A stretch of DNA of 64,000 bases from an uncultured virus (IMG/VR IMGVR_UViG_3300042273_000539) (Duplodnaviria; Heunggongvirae; Uroviricota; Caudoviricetes): the IMG/VR virus record IMGVR_UViG_3300042273_000539; one strand, written 5' to 3'. This document shows positions 28,506-37,749 of the stretch, in pieces. Both the position numbers and the translations under genes were made by a program. Each line of letters begins with the position of its first letter. Positions within the stretch are counted from its first letter, which is position 1. The notes beneath the pieces were generated by a model. That model was given only the letters and a program-made list of their open reading frames with translations, was not told the DNA's origin and ran no database searches.

Positions 28506-28619
28506 TGGCTACATTTGTAAGCGTTCTACCAATTGAACTATTGTTTATTTCTAAACAAGTTGGATTCGAACCAACAATTCTGGATTACAAGTCCTAAATT
28601 TTTTTGCTGTTAGTAGCCA
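28506..28619 (-). ncRNA. ACAGCAA-stem RNA 6 with circularly permuted tRNA domain (YrlA-like)
   Basis: TGGCTAC/GTAGCCA stem; anticodon-like GGA-CTTGTAA-TCC, T arm GTTGG-TTCGAAT-CCAAC, acceptor TTGTTTA-GAAA-TAAACAA, D arm GTTC-AATTGGTA-GAAC. Confidence 0.8.
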
Positions 28620-28622
28620 ATA

Positions 28623-28699
28623 TAGTCGAGGTGGGCTTCGAACCCACAAATGCCCTGTTTATAAGACAGGTAACTTCACCTGTTTGTTTCCACTCGACT
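28623..28699 (-). tRNA. tRNA-Ile(TAT)
   Basis: Loop CTTATAA. Confidence 0.8.
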
Positions 28700-28707
28700 G
28701 TAAATTC

Positions 28708-28768
28708 TGGATGCCTTGGTTAAAAAAGTTTACAGATTTTTTATTTTTTAAATTGCTGTTAGCATCCA
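28708..28768 (-). ncRNA. ACAGCAA-stem small RNA 7
   Basis: TGGATGC/GCATCCA stem directly after a consensus promoter (28783-28811). Confidence 0.7.
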
Positions 28769-28807
28769 TTTGATTATACTTTATTATACAAAATTTTTAG
28801 TTTTTTG

Positions 28808-29797
28808 TCAATTTTTTATAAAACACATAGTTAAATCAACTGTTTTTTTATTCTTGTTATTGTTTTGATTTGCCTGTCTTGATGAAGAAACTAAACCAAA
28901 TTCTTTATCTAAATGAAATCCGTTTTTCTCATGGATATTTTTAACGTCATCAATCAATTTATAGTTTCCTATGTTATGAGTATTCCAACAAGAAACACCG
29001 TCTTTTTTTAAAGCTTTTAAACTTTTTTCTATAACTAAAGTTAACCATCCATTAGCCCATTCTTCGTATGAAGAAAACATGTTTTCACTTTGTGTTTTTT
29101 CATCACTATAAACTTCTAAATCAAAATAAGGAGGAGAAGTAATTACTAAATCAAACTCTTCTTGAAAATTTATATTTTCGCTTCCGTTGTTGTATACAGT
29201 TGCTAAATTTTCAAGATTCAAATAATGTATTAACTCCAATAAATTATTATAAGTTTCTTTATTTGTTTCAAATCCAACGTATTCTATATTACCAGACGCT
29301 ACTCCTAATAATCTTCCACCCCATCCACTACATGGGTCTAAAACTCTTTTAGGTTTATAAAAATCACATATCATTTTTGCTATATGCGGTCTATACATAG
29401 TATTCTTTGTTAACCCATTACAAAAATAAACTCCTCTTCTTAATTCTGATAAGTATGGGGTTGAATGTGAAGACCTATTCCACTTTAATACTTTTTGTAA
29501 ATTTTCCTTATTCCAAAAATCATTAAAAGATTCACCTTTATTGTTTTTTATTTTAAAAAAGTTAGGAAAAAAATATTCACAAAGTTTCATTCCAACTCTT
29601 ACTGTAGAAGCTGTAAAAGCTTCTTCTGTTTCAAAATTTTTTAACTTATCCCAATCTTTTAAAAGTTCTTTGTCTGTGTAAAAATAATGATAATCTACAT
29701 TACTCAATTCCTCCGCCAGTGTCGGTAGTATTTTTTTAAAACTATCTTCTGATAAATTTCTTGTTGAGTTTTTTTTGTTTAAAAAATCTTCTACCAT
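28808..29797 (-). CDS. Amino (N4-C/N6-A) DNA methyltransferase
   Basis: VLDPCSGWGGR (motif I) and TSPPY (motif IV). Confidence 0.85.
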   Translation of the reverse strand: MVEDFLNKKNSTRNLSEDSFKKILPTLAEELSNVDYHYFYTDKELLKDWDKLKNFETEEAFTASTVRVGMKLCEYFFPNFFKIKNNKGESFNDFWNKENLQKVLKWNRSSHSTPYLSELRRGVYFCNGLTKNTMYRPHIAKMICDFYKPKRVLDPCSGWGGRLLGVASGNIEYVGFETNKETYNNLLELIHYLNLENLATVYNNGSENINFQEEFDLVITSPPYFDLEVYSDEKTQSENMFSSYEEWANGWLTLVIEKSLKALKKDGVSCWNTHNIGNYKLIDDVKNIHEKNGFHLDKEFGLVSSSRQANQNNNKNKKTVDLTMCFIKN

Positions 29798-30342
29798 TGA
29801 GAAATATCCTTCATTTCGTGTAGCATACTTATTAATTTATTTCCAGAGCACATATAATCATCATTTGACGATGAAGATCCTCCTTGCTGTGTGTTAAAGT
29901 AAGTATCTTTAAAATGCTTTATAAATTCATCCTTTGTAAAATACTTAAAGTAAAAACTTTCGTCAAGATTTATCCCTAAAAAGATAAGTCTATCCCAATC
30001 CTTCCCATAAGAAACGTGGTTTATGACAAAAGTATCTGGCTTTATACATTTATTTACGTTATCTGTTTGAGCCAAAGAAAATTTTATCTCTGTTTTGATA
30101 CCGTCTATAATAGCATCATATCCATCTGTTATTGATTTTCTTTCTTCAATAATATGTCCAGAATTTTTCATAAAAATCTTTACAACTTTTTCGCCAAAAT
30201 TTCCCTTTTGAACGTTATTTAGTTGCTTATACCCTTCAAATGGAGTTCCTTGCCAAGGATTAAATTGTTCAGAGTTTATTAAATCTTTTATGATTTCATC
30301 CTCTAATAGTTTCACGTAAATTTCCCTTTTGCATCTCTCCAA
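29791..30342 (-). CDS. Putative PD-(D/E)xK restriction endonuclease
   Basis: KGNFGE...YDAIIDGIKTEIKFS; overlaps the MTase gene. Confidence 0.55.
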   Translation of the reverse strand: MERCKREIYVKLLEDEIIKDLINSEQFNPWQGTPFEGYKQLNNVQKGNFGEKVVKIFMKNSGHIIEERKSITDGYDAIIDGIKTEIKFSLAQTDNVNKCIKPDTFVINHVSYGKDWDRLIFLGINLDESFYFKYFTKDEFIKHFKDTYFNTQQGGSSSSNDDYMCSGNKLISMLHEMKDISQW

Positions 30343-30636
30343 TATGCTTCTTCATAATAAAATTCATCCTCTTCCCATCTTTCTAAATCAATGGCTTCTT
30401 GAAGTTTTTCTTTATGAACAAGCATATCCAGTTCTTCTTCTGAAATATCCAACTGAAGGTCTGCTAAATCTCTTTGTTTCTTATCAAAGAAAGTTCTGTT
30501 TTCTACGCACCATTCACAAGTTCCATGGTTTCTACAAGTGCAGTCAAATGCCCTTGAATCATAGTATTTTTTTCTTCTTTCCTTTCTTCCTTTCCAGTTC
30601 TTACTATCCAAGAATTTTCCGAACAAATAAATCTCC

Positions 30637-31374
30637 TTATTTAAATCTTTCTAATGCTTCAATACAATATTTTTCTTCTTTTTCAATAGCTATCCATCTT
30701 CTATTTAAATTTTCACAAGCTAAAGCAGTAGTAAATGAACCAGCAGTATTATCAAGTATTAAATCTCCTTCATTGGAGTAAGTTTTTATAAAATATTCTA
30801 CTAAAAGTAAAGGTTTTTGTGTTGGATGATAAGTTTTTCCTTCACTTTCTGGAGTTTTAAAATATTGAACAGTTCTTGGGTATCTTAAGCCTGTATCATT
30901 TTTTACCGTAGTAACTGTTTGTTCTCTATAAACTTCGGTATTTCTCAAAGCTGTACCTTTATTATAAGGAGCCCCTTCTGTCATTTGAGGGTTATAAGTT
31001 GGTAGCTTTTTATAAAAAATGCAAATATCTTCATGTGCTTTTAAAGGCATTTTTTTACTATTTAAATATCCAGTGGCTTTTGACTTTTCCCATACCCAGC
31101 TATATTTAAACAACTTTGGATTGCTCATAATAAGATAAGAAGTAAAAGGTTGGGAAGCTGTAAATACCATTGCTCCGTTTTCTTTTATTACTCTTTCATA
31201 TTCTTTCCATAAATCATCAATTGGTATAATAGAGTCCCATTTACATTGAGTGGTTCCATATGGAAGGTCTACAAAAATCATATCTATTGAACCATCTTTT
31301 ATTTTAGGTAAAATATTCATACAATCATTATTGATTAATTTTCTTTCTTCTAAATCACGAACTATATTCATCAA
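30637..31374 (-). CDS. DNA methyltransferase (N6/N4 family, beta class)
   Basis: DLPYG, HPTQKP, LDNTAGS. Confidence 0.9.
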   Translation of the reverse strand: MMNIVRDLEERKLINNDCMNILPKIKDGSIDMIFVDLPYGTTQCKWDSIIPIDDLWKEYERVIKENGAMVFTASQPFTSYLIMSNPKLFKYSWVWEKSKATGYLNSKKMPLKAHEDICIFYKKLPTYNPQMTEGAPYNKGTALRNTEVYREQTVTTVKNDTGLRYPRTVQYFKTPESEGKTYHPTQKPLLLVEYFIKTYSNEGDLILDNTAGSFTTALACENLNRRWIAIEKEEKYCIEALERFK

Positions 31375-31950
31375 AAATACCTTTAATAAAATTAATATAA
31401 TTTTCTATTAACGTTTCATTAATCCTTTTCCAGCTTTCTTCTCTATAGATTCTTCTTTTAGATAATGAATTTCTTTTTCCATCTGCTATAAAAAATACTT
31501 TATCTACTCCATTCTCTTCTTCTAGAAAAAACTCTAAAGAATTTGTAGCTATGGAATCTTCTATAGAGAACACAACAGTATTTTTTATTTCTGTTGATTT
31601 TCTCATCAGGCGAAAGTCATCATTAGCTCTTTGCAAATACGGCTTGTCAAGATATGTTTTACATTCTATTGCTAGAACAAAAATATCATTTATGTAACAA
31701 TGAAGATCTACACTTTCATCTATATAGTTTTTCCCACTGTTTGAATAAACTCTTTTTTTATCATTATCGCCTTTTACTATATAACTTTTTAAGTTTACAT
31801 ATTTTTTTGATACTTCATCCCAGATAAATCTGTTTAGATTTTCAACCAACTCTCCACTTTTTTGACGAATAGACCCTCCATTAGTAAGAATATCTAATTC
31901 TTGAAAACCTGATTTTAACTGTTCTTTTAACTGTTCTTTTAATTGACTAA
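31355..31950 (-). CDS. Putative PD-(D/E)xK endonuclease, start uncertain
   Basis: SVDLH...AIECKTYLD; overlaps the MTase; no in-frame ATG near the 5' end downstream of tRNA-Val. Confidence 0.5.
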
Positions 31951-31978
31951 TTTTCTTTCCATCCTTATAAAAAAAATA

Positions 31979-32050
31979 TACAGGATAAGGGACTTGAACC
32001 CCCAACTTTCTCGGTGTAAACGAGACACTCTCCCATTGAGTTAATCCTGC
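31979..32050 (-). tRNA. tRNA-Val(TAC)
   Basis: Loop TTTACAC. Confidence 0.9.
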
Positions 32051-32056
32051 GTTGTT

Positions 32057-32129
32057 TGTTACGAGCCAGAATCGAACTGGCGACATTCAGGTTTTCAGCC
32101 TGGCGCTCTACCAACTGAGCTACCGCAAC
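32057..32129 (-). tRNA. tRNA-Phe(GAA)
   Basis: Loop CTGAAAA. Confidence 0.9.
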
Positions 32130-32271
32130 ATAAAACATGGGTGTGCACACCCAAGGTAGGTCTCGCTCTACTAGCGTTGGTTCCTGTAGCCACCAAAAAG
32201 CACACCATGTACGAAAGCGCTTTAAACGTCATGGGTTTCAGCGTAAAAGGGGTGTCCACAGTTACGCTTTG

Positions 32272-32348
32272 TGGACCGTGAGGGAATTGAACCCTCCTGA
32301 ATATCCTCGGTGCAAACGAGGCGACCACGCCTTGCAGTCCCACAGCCC
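32272..32348 (-). tRNA. tRNA-Ala(TGC)
   Basis: Loop TTTGCAC, G3.U70. Confidence 0.85.
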
Positions 32349-32623
32349 AAAATGAGGGGGTTCTGTACCCCTCCCTCTCTTTTCAAAATGGCTCAACGAG
32401 TCAAACCTACTAAGAAAAGACACCTTCTTTGCCTTATATTTACGAGTAGAAGTTAGGAGAAGTAACCCTAACGTTCAACAAGGCATATCCACTAATATTA
32501 TAAGGGGTGCTCTACACTTGATATGCTAAACGTTCTGTACAGGCGAGCGTAGGTTTTTTTAAAGAAACCAATAACTTTAAAATAACTCTTATACGAGAGA
32601 AAACTTTTAAGGTTTTCTTTTGT

Positions 32624-32696
32624 TGAGCAGTGTGGGTGTCGAACCCACCTAGGAAAGATTAAGAGTCTTTTGCAACAACCGCTTTGCTAACTGCCC
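32624..32696 (-). tRNA. tRNA-Lys(CTT)
   Basis: Loop CTCTTAA. Confidence 0.85.
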
Positions 32697-32859
32697 TTGA
32701 ACTCAATACTGCAACAATGTATATTTTTTTATTCCACTTAACTAAAACCAGCTTTATCCATTAGGTACTGTTAGTTCTATCGTTAGAATGTAAGGCAATA
32801 TACCGCCTAACTTACTCTCTTATTATACAAAATTTTTACTTTTTTGTCAACCAAAGTTA

Positions 32860-32944
32860 AGGGTAGTGAGGGATTTGAACCCTCGTCCTAAAAAGGATTG
32901 AACGATTTTGCAGACCGTCGGCTTAACCACTTACCTAACTACCC
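32860..32944 (-). tRNA. tRNA-Cys(GCA) with long variable arm
   Basis: Loop CTGCAAA, U73, extra TCCT-TTTT-AGGA arm. Confidence 0.8.
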
Positions 32945-32947
32945 ATA

Positions 32948-33020
32948 TGTCCATAATAGGATTCGAACCTATACTAAAACTTTAGAAGAGTCTTGTGCTA
33001 ATCCATTACACTATACGGAC
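32948..33020 (-). tRNA. tRNA-Arg(TCT)
   Basis: Loop CTTCTAA. Confidence 0.85.
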
Positions 33021-33401
33021 AAGTTCTATTTATATTCTTCGCTTATTTCACCATTTTCTGTATATATGCCTGTTTCTATAAGATATTTTCTAGCTTTTTC
33101 TACAGAAGATGATATTTCATCTGTATACTTTTTAAACCCTTTTAAAAAATTACGTACTCCATCTTTAAGACCTTCATTATAAGAGTTTTGACACTCTTCT
33201 TCTATATGGTCTTCCATTTCATCTTTTCCATCTTCAAAACCTTCGTTATAATATTCATCTGCTTTTCCGGTTTTTTCAAGTGCTTCATCTATATAATCAT
33301 TAAAATATTCTTGAAGATTGTCTAAAAAATGTTCATCATCAATAGAATTTTCTCTAATTTCTTTTACTTCTTTATGAAATATAAATCTTTCTTTATACAT
33401 A

Positions 33402-33770
33402 TTAATAATCAAACTTCCTTAACTTGTAATATATCTTACCATTTGAAATATCTTCAACAATAAATCCACAATATTCTAATATTTTTATACTTGCTATGTT
33501 TTCTTCACTGGTATATGCTCTCCAAATATCTATATCAAACATACATTCTTCTATAAATTGTTTGACATAATACTTTGACTTTTTTTGCCCTCTGTATTTT
33601 ACATGAGTTTTATAGCAAAGGTTTCCACATATTCCCCTTGAAAAATCCATACTTTGTAATCCGATATAGCCAAATTTATTATTATTTTCGTCTAAAACGA
33701 GAAAATAAATATCGTTACTGCTTTTTGCCCACCCTGGGGTTTTTATATGTTTAAAAGAAAAAGTACTCAT
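33402..33770 (-). CDS. GNAT (RimJ/RimL-like) acetyltransferase
   Basis: YRGQK and ENIASIKILEYCGF motifs. Confidence 0.75.
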   Translation of the reverse strand: MSTFSFKHIKTPGWAKSSNDIYFLVLDENNNKFGYIGLQSMDFSRGICGNLCYKTHVKYRGQKKSKYYVKQFIEECMFDIDIWRAYTSEENIASIKILEYCGFIVEDISNGKIYYKLRKFDY

Positions 33771-34047
33771 ATCATTATCAACTTTATATCATTGTCTTTT
33801 ATACATTCAGCTTTCATTATAAAATTTTCATTTATGAAATCAGCTATAAACCTTTTTACTACTGTGATATTACTACCCCTAAACCAATACCGAGAATCTG
33901 AATACCATCCAAGAACATCATCGTTTATGAAAATACCGAGATCTTTCATTTCTCCCATATTTTCAACTTGAAAATTTTCTCTTTTTATACCGTATCTTCT
34001 TTCTACATCTTCAAAACGAATGCCAAAAATAAACATAAATACCTCTT

Positions 34048-34119
34048 TACCCGAAAAAGGAATTGAACCTTTATCAAAAGTTTAGGAAACTCACATGTTA
34101 TCCATTACACCATTCGGGC
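34048..34119 (-). tRNA. tRNA-Arg(CCT)
   Basis: Loop TTCCTAA. Confidence 0.8.
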
Positions 34120-34125
34120 ATACTT

Positions 34126-34199
34126 CGCCTGTTGAGGGATTCGAACCCCCACTTAATAGTTTCGAAGACTACTGGCTTAATCCATTAGCCCAAACAGGC
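34126..34199 (-). tRNA. tRNA-Arg(TCG)
   Basis: Loop CTTCGAA. Confidence 0.85.
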
Positions 34200-34949
34200 A
34201 TTAACTTAACTTTGCTCCACAGATAGGACAAAACCTTATAGGGTGGCAAGATTCCTCTGTTAAAATCCCTTCTTTTGAAGTTTCTTTTAAATTAAGGCAA
34301 GAACAATCTCCGTTTATAGCCATTGTTAGTGTTGTGCCTTCTTCTGTGGTATATTCAAAATACTTTTTCTCTTTTCCTGCACAGCAAAAACTACACCTAT
34401 AATTTTCAGGGGTTCCAGTTCTCTCTAAAAAATCTTCTTCTGCCATTCCTTTCATAGTAAGTATGCCTTCATAAGAATCGTATTCATCTACATATTCTTC
34501 AAAAGAAATATGCTCATTCTCACTTAACATTCCCCATGCAGAAACTTCACTACCATAAATCACAAGATGGGAAACATAATAGGTTCCCAAACGTGTGTGG
34601 GATATGCAGATTCTCTCTACATTATTATCAAATAAATCTAACCATTCCATTTTACTTCCCTCTTTATAGAGAAAGTATATACCTTTTTTAATTTCTTGTC
34701 AACATTTATTCTTCCAAAATATACCCTGCAATATCAATAAGATTCTCTGGCGTAAGCCTTGACCCTTCTCTTGGGAGAAATACTTTCTCTTCATCAAATA
34801 AGCGAATAACACCTACCTTCACTTTTACCAAACGCTCTTCCCCACAAGGTAGAAGTTTATAAACTTCTATCCTTTTCTTTCTTTCATTATGACGAAATAG
34901 CATATTTCTCCCCTTATGAAGTAAATTCTTTTCAGCATGAGAAACGTAA

Positions 34950-34980
34950 CGAGTGCTAAAGGGATCGAACCCTTAACTTT
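34950..34980 (-). pseudogene. Orphan 3' half of a split tRNA-Trp
   Basis: T arm plus AGCACTC, complementary to GGGTGCT at 35520-35526. Confidence 0.7.
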
Positions 34981-34983
34981 ATT

Positions 34984-35056
34984 CGATGGCGGTAAGATTT
35001 GAACTCACATAACTTTCGTTTGGAGCGAAAGAGTTTACCATTTAACATACGCCACC
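34984..35056 (-). tRNA. tRNA-Trp(CCA)
   Basis: Loop CTCCAAA; 5' end overlaps the HNH stop region. Confidence 0.85.
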
Positions 35057-35464
35057 ATTATTTTCAAGATAGTGCAGTTCTTTATGACAATTAGAACACA
35101 AAACAGAACATTTATCTATTTCCTCTAATAAATATTTTTTAGAAGAAAGTCTTATCAATTGTGAAACTGACTCTTTTTTATCTGTAGGATCTTTATGATG
35201 AAATTCTAAAACATAAAATCTGCAATCTCCGCAAATCTCACATTTTAATTCTTTTTTGTATTCTTTGAACCAAAGCCTTAATTCTTTTGTTCTTTTACTT
35301 GCTCTTTTTTTATAAAGTTCTTTATTTTTTATATAATGATTTTTATTGTATTCTTTTCTGCACTTAATACAATCTGTTTGGTATCCATCTTTTCTTCTTA
35401 TATTTTTCCTAAAATAAGTTAATGGCAATTCTTTTTTACAAGTTCCACAAATTTTTGTTTCCAT
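35042..35464 (-). CDS. HNH homing endonuclease
   Basis: CxxC pairs, LEFHH, CSVLCSNCHKELH; start at ATG 35464. Confidence 0.85.
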   Translation of the reverse strand: METKICGTCKKELPLTYFRKNIRRKDGYQTDCIKCRKEYNKNHYIKNKELYKKRASKRTKELRLWFKEYKKELKCEICGDCRFYVLEFHHKDPTDKKESVSQLIRLSSKKYLLEEIDKCSVLCSNCHKELHYLENNGGVC

Positions 35465-35490
35465 GTTAGTCTCCAAATATATCTTTACAG

Positions 35491-35526
35491 TTGGAGACTC
35501 TTATGTTACCATTACACCAAGCACCC
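35491..35526 (-). pseudogene. Orphan 5' half of a split tRNA-Trp
   Basis: GGGTGCT-TG-GTGTAATGGTAACAT-AAGAGT-CTCCAA, then breaks off. Confidence 0.7.
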
Positions 35527-35571
35527 ATATATCATGTATAGTAAAATCAATTACTATACATGAATAATAAA

Positions 35572-36834
35572 TTATAATACATATTCTAACAATTCTTCTT
35601 TTGACGTAATGCCTTTGTTTATCTGTTTATCAAATAAATCATCAAGTATTATTTTGAATACTTTTCCAGGCTTCATTCCCAAAGCTATCAAATCATTTCC
35701 AGTTACCAAAGGAGCTACAAAGGTTTTTTCATCCTTACGAAGTTCCAGTATGGCATCTTTTATTTCAGTGTTCTTCTCTAATGCTTTTTCAGTCATGCTG
35801 TCTGCAACAGAAAGTTCTGCAAGTTTTACTGCTCTTTCGTCTTTTGCTAAAGCTATTCTCTTACTTTTTTTCATTTCAAGAAAATGCTTTACTTTCATAT
35901 GATTTTCAACTAACCATAGAATATCTTCTGCTTCCTTGTTGGAAACTTTAAGCATTTTTAATATAGGAAGAGCAAGCATAACAGAATCAGCTTCATGACC
36001 TTTAGAAGTTATTTTCCCATCTTCATTTTTAGTGGTAGTTAACTTTCCAAAGTCATGAAAAAGTCCAGCCAAGTTCAATACAAAATCATCAGTCTGTAGG
36101 TTTTTGATAACCTTCAAAGTATGAATCCATGTATCTCCCTCTGGGTGCCAAACAGCATCCTGTGGAACATTTTTCAAAGCAGAAGCATACGGAAAAATTT
36201 CATCTATAACATGTAAGTCATACAATAATTCTACAAATTTATGGAATTTATTTCCTGTTTTCTTTATCTCTGCCGTTATTCTTTCTGCACTAATGCTATG
36301 AAGTAAATGTTTGTTTTCTTTAATGGCAGAAACAGCCTCTTTATCAAGAGTAAATCCGTAAACAGAAGCAAATCTTATAGCACGTAGAATTCTTAAATGG
36401 TCTTCTAGAATTCTATCTTCTGCTTTTCCAATAAACCTTACAGTTCCAGTTTCTAAATCTTCAATTCCATAATGAAGGTCTATAATCTTATCTTTAATCG
36501 GGTCAAAATATAATGCATTAAAAGTAAAGTCCCTTCTGTTAGAGTCTTCTTCAAGAGAAGAACTAAAATGAACACTTTTAGGCTTTCTACCGTCATAAGA
36601 ACTTTCAGTTCTAAAAGTAGCTACCTCAACCCCGCTTACGAGAGATATGCCGAAACTTTCTCCCACAAAAAAAGAGGTTTCAAAAATTTTTGAAACCTCT
36701 TCAGGAGTAGCGGAAGTCACTACGTCAATATCTTTTGGAGGTTTCCTTAAAATCATATCTCTTACGCATCCACCTACGAAGTAGGCTTCAAATCCATTTT
36801 CTTGTAGTTTTTTTACGATGTCAATTTCTTTCAT
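35572..36834 (-). CDS. cca: CCA-adding tRNA nucleotidyltransferase with HD domain
   Basis: VGGCVRD, DIDV, RRDFTFNAL, EDHLRILRAIRF, HPEGD..HT, HDFGK. Confidence 0.9.
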   Translation of the reverse strand: MKEIDIVKKLQENGFEAYFVGGCVRDMILRKPPKDIDVVTSATPEEVSKIFETSFFVGESFGISLVSGVEVATFRTESSYDGRKPKSVHFSSSLEEDSNRRDFTFNALYFDPIKDKIIDLHYGIEDLETGTVRFIGKAEDRILEDHLRILRAIRFASVYGFTLDKEAVSAIKENKHLLHSISAERITAEIKKTGNKFHKFVELLYDLHVIDEIFPYASALKNVPQDAVWHPEGDTWIHTLKVIKNLQTDDFVLNLAGLFHDFGKLTTTKNEDGKITSKGHEADSVMLALPILKMLKVSNKEAEDILWLVENHMKVKHFLEMKKSKRIALAKDERAVKLAELSVADSMTEKALEKNTEIKDAILELRKDEKTFVAPLVTGNDLIALGMKPGKVFKIILDDLFDKQINKGITSKEELLEYVL

Positions 36835-36868
36835 TTTTATACCTTCTTTTTTTATTTAAACTACAATA

Positions 36869-36940
36869 CGACAACGGAGGGACTTGAACCCCCAACCCTC
36901 TGGTTAACAGCCAGATGCTCTACCGTTGAGCTACGAAGTC
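36869..36940 (-). tRNA. tRNA-Asn(GTT)
   Basis: Loop CTGTTAA. Confidence 0.85.
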
Positions 36941-37007
36941 ATTGAAAAGTTAGCAAAAATTCTAGAATTTCTACCGACTTGATACGTCAATAGTTTGCTA
37001 ACTTATA

Positions 37008-37081
37008 TCTCCCAGACAGGATTCGAACCTGCGAAATCTCCTGTTCCCAAAACAGGCGGTCTACCACTGACCTACTGAGAG
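37008..37081 (-). tRNA. tRNA-Pro(TGG)
   Basis: Loop TTTGGGA; 5' end overlaps the HNH stop. Confidence 0.85.
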
Positions 37082-37488
37082 TTGTTTTCTTCATAATGCA
37101 ATTTTCTATGGCAATTTGCACACAGAATTATGCATTTATTCGTTTCTTCAAGAATTCTTCTTTTGCTAAACCCTTGCTTAGCTGCATTACTAACATTAAA
37201 ATCTTTTGAAGTTTTATCCAAATGATGAAAGTCTAATGTTGCTATATGGCTTTCTCCACAAATCTCACATTTTAAAAAACTTTTATAGTCAAAAAACCAT
37301 TCTTTTATTGACTTTCTGCGGTCTTTTTTTTGTTTAGATATTTTTTCTTTATTTTCTTTATATCTAGCGTGGTCATATTCTTTAACACAAGATTTACACC
37401 AATTGTGATAGCCTCTTTTTCTTTTATTTTTTGAAAAATCTTCTACGCTCTTCCATTCCCCGCATTTTAAGCATTGTGTTTTTTCCAT
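37072..37488 (-). CDS. HNH homing endonuclease (paralog of 35042-35464)
   Basis: LKCEICG, LDFHH, CIILCANCHRKLH. Confidence 0.85.
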   Translation of the reverse strand: MEKTQCLKCGEWKSVEDFSKNKRKRGYHNWCKSCVKEYDHARYKENKEKISKQKKDRRKSIKEWFFDYKSFLKCEICGESHIATLDFHHLDKTSKDFNVSNAAKQGFSKRRILEETNKCIILCANCHRKLHYEENNSQ

Positions 37489-37660
37489 AATATATATATG
37501 ATTTGAAAAGCAAGTATTTTCAAATCAAGTTACACACTGAAATTTATATCATTTTTGAAATGAGTAAGATCTGCTTACTACGCTGAAGACTATTTCAGCC
37601 ACATATAGTCGGTCTCTCGTATAGTCCCATAAACCAACTAACAAATCAAAATGATATTTA

Positions 37661-37746
37661 CGGAGTAAGGAGGTTCCGACCCTCTGCCATCTATGATAAC
37701 CTCTTGCTTAGCAGGCAAGCGCATATCCCCTATGCTTCTCTACTCC
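37661..37746 (-). tRNA. tRNA-Ser(GCT)
   Basis: Loop CTGCTAA, long variable arm, G73. Confidence 0.75.
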
Positions 37747-37749
37747 ATT

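Noticed and set aside
32095..32343. ORFs overlapping tRNAs (also 37753-38001, 28190-28453 and the N-terminal extensions of 22957, 31355, 39703, 40311)
   Set aside because: Frames are explained by tRNA or ncRNA sequence; starts were reassigned downstream
37575..37630. Group I intron fragment or pseudoknot (GACTATA repeats)
   Set aside because: Other core elements are absent and the two helices are sterically alternative rather than a pseudoknot
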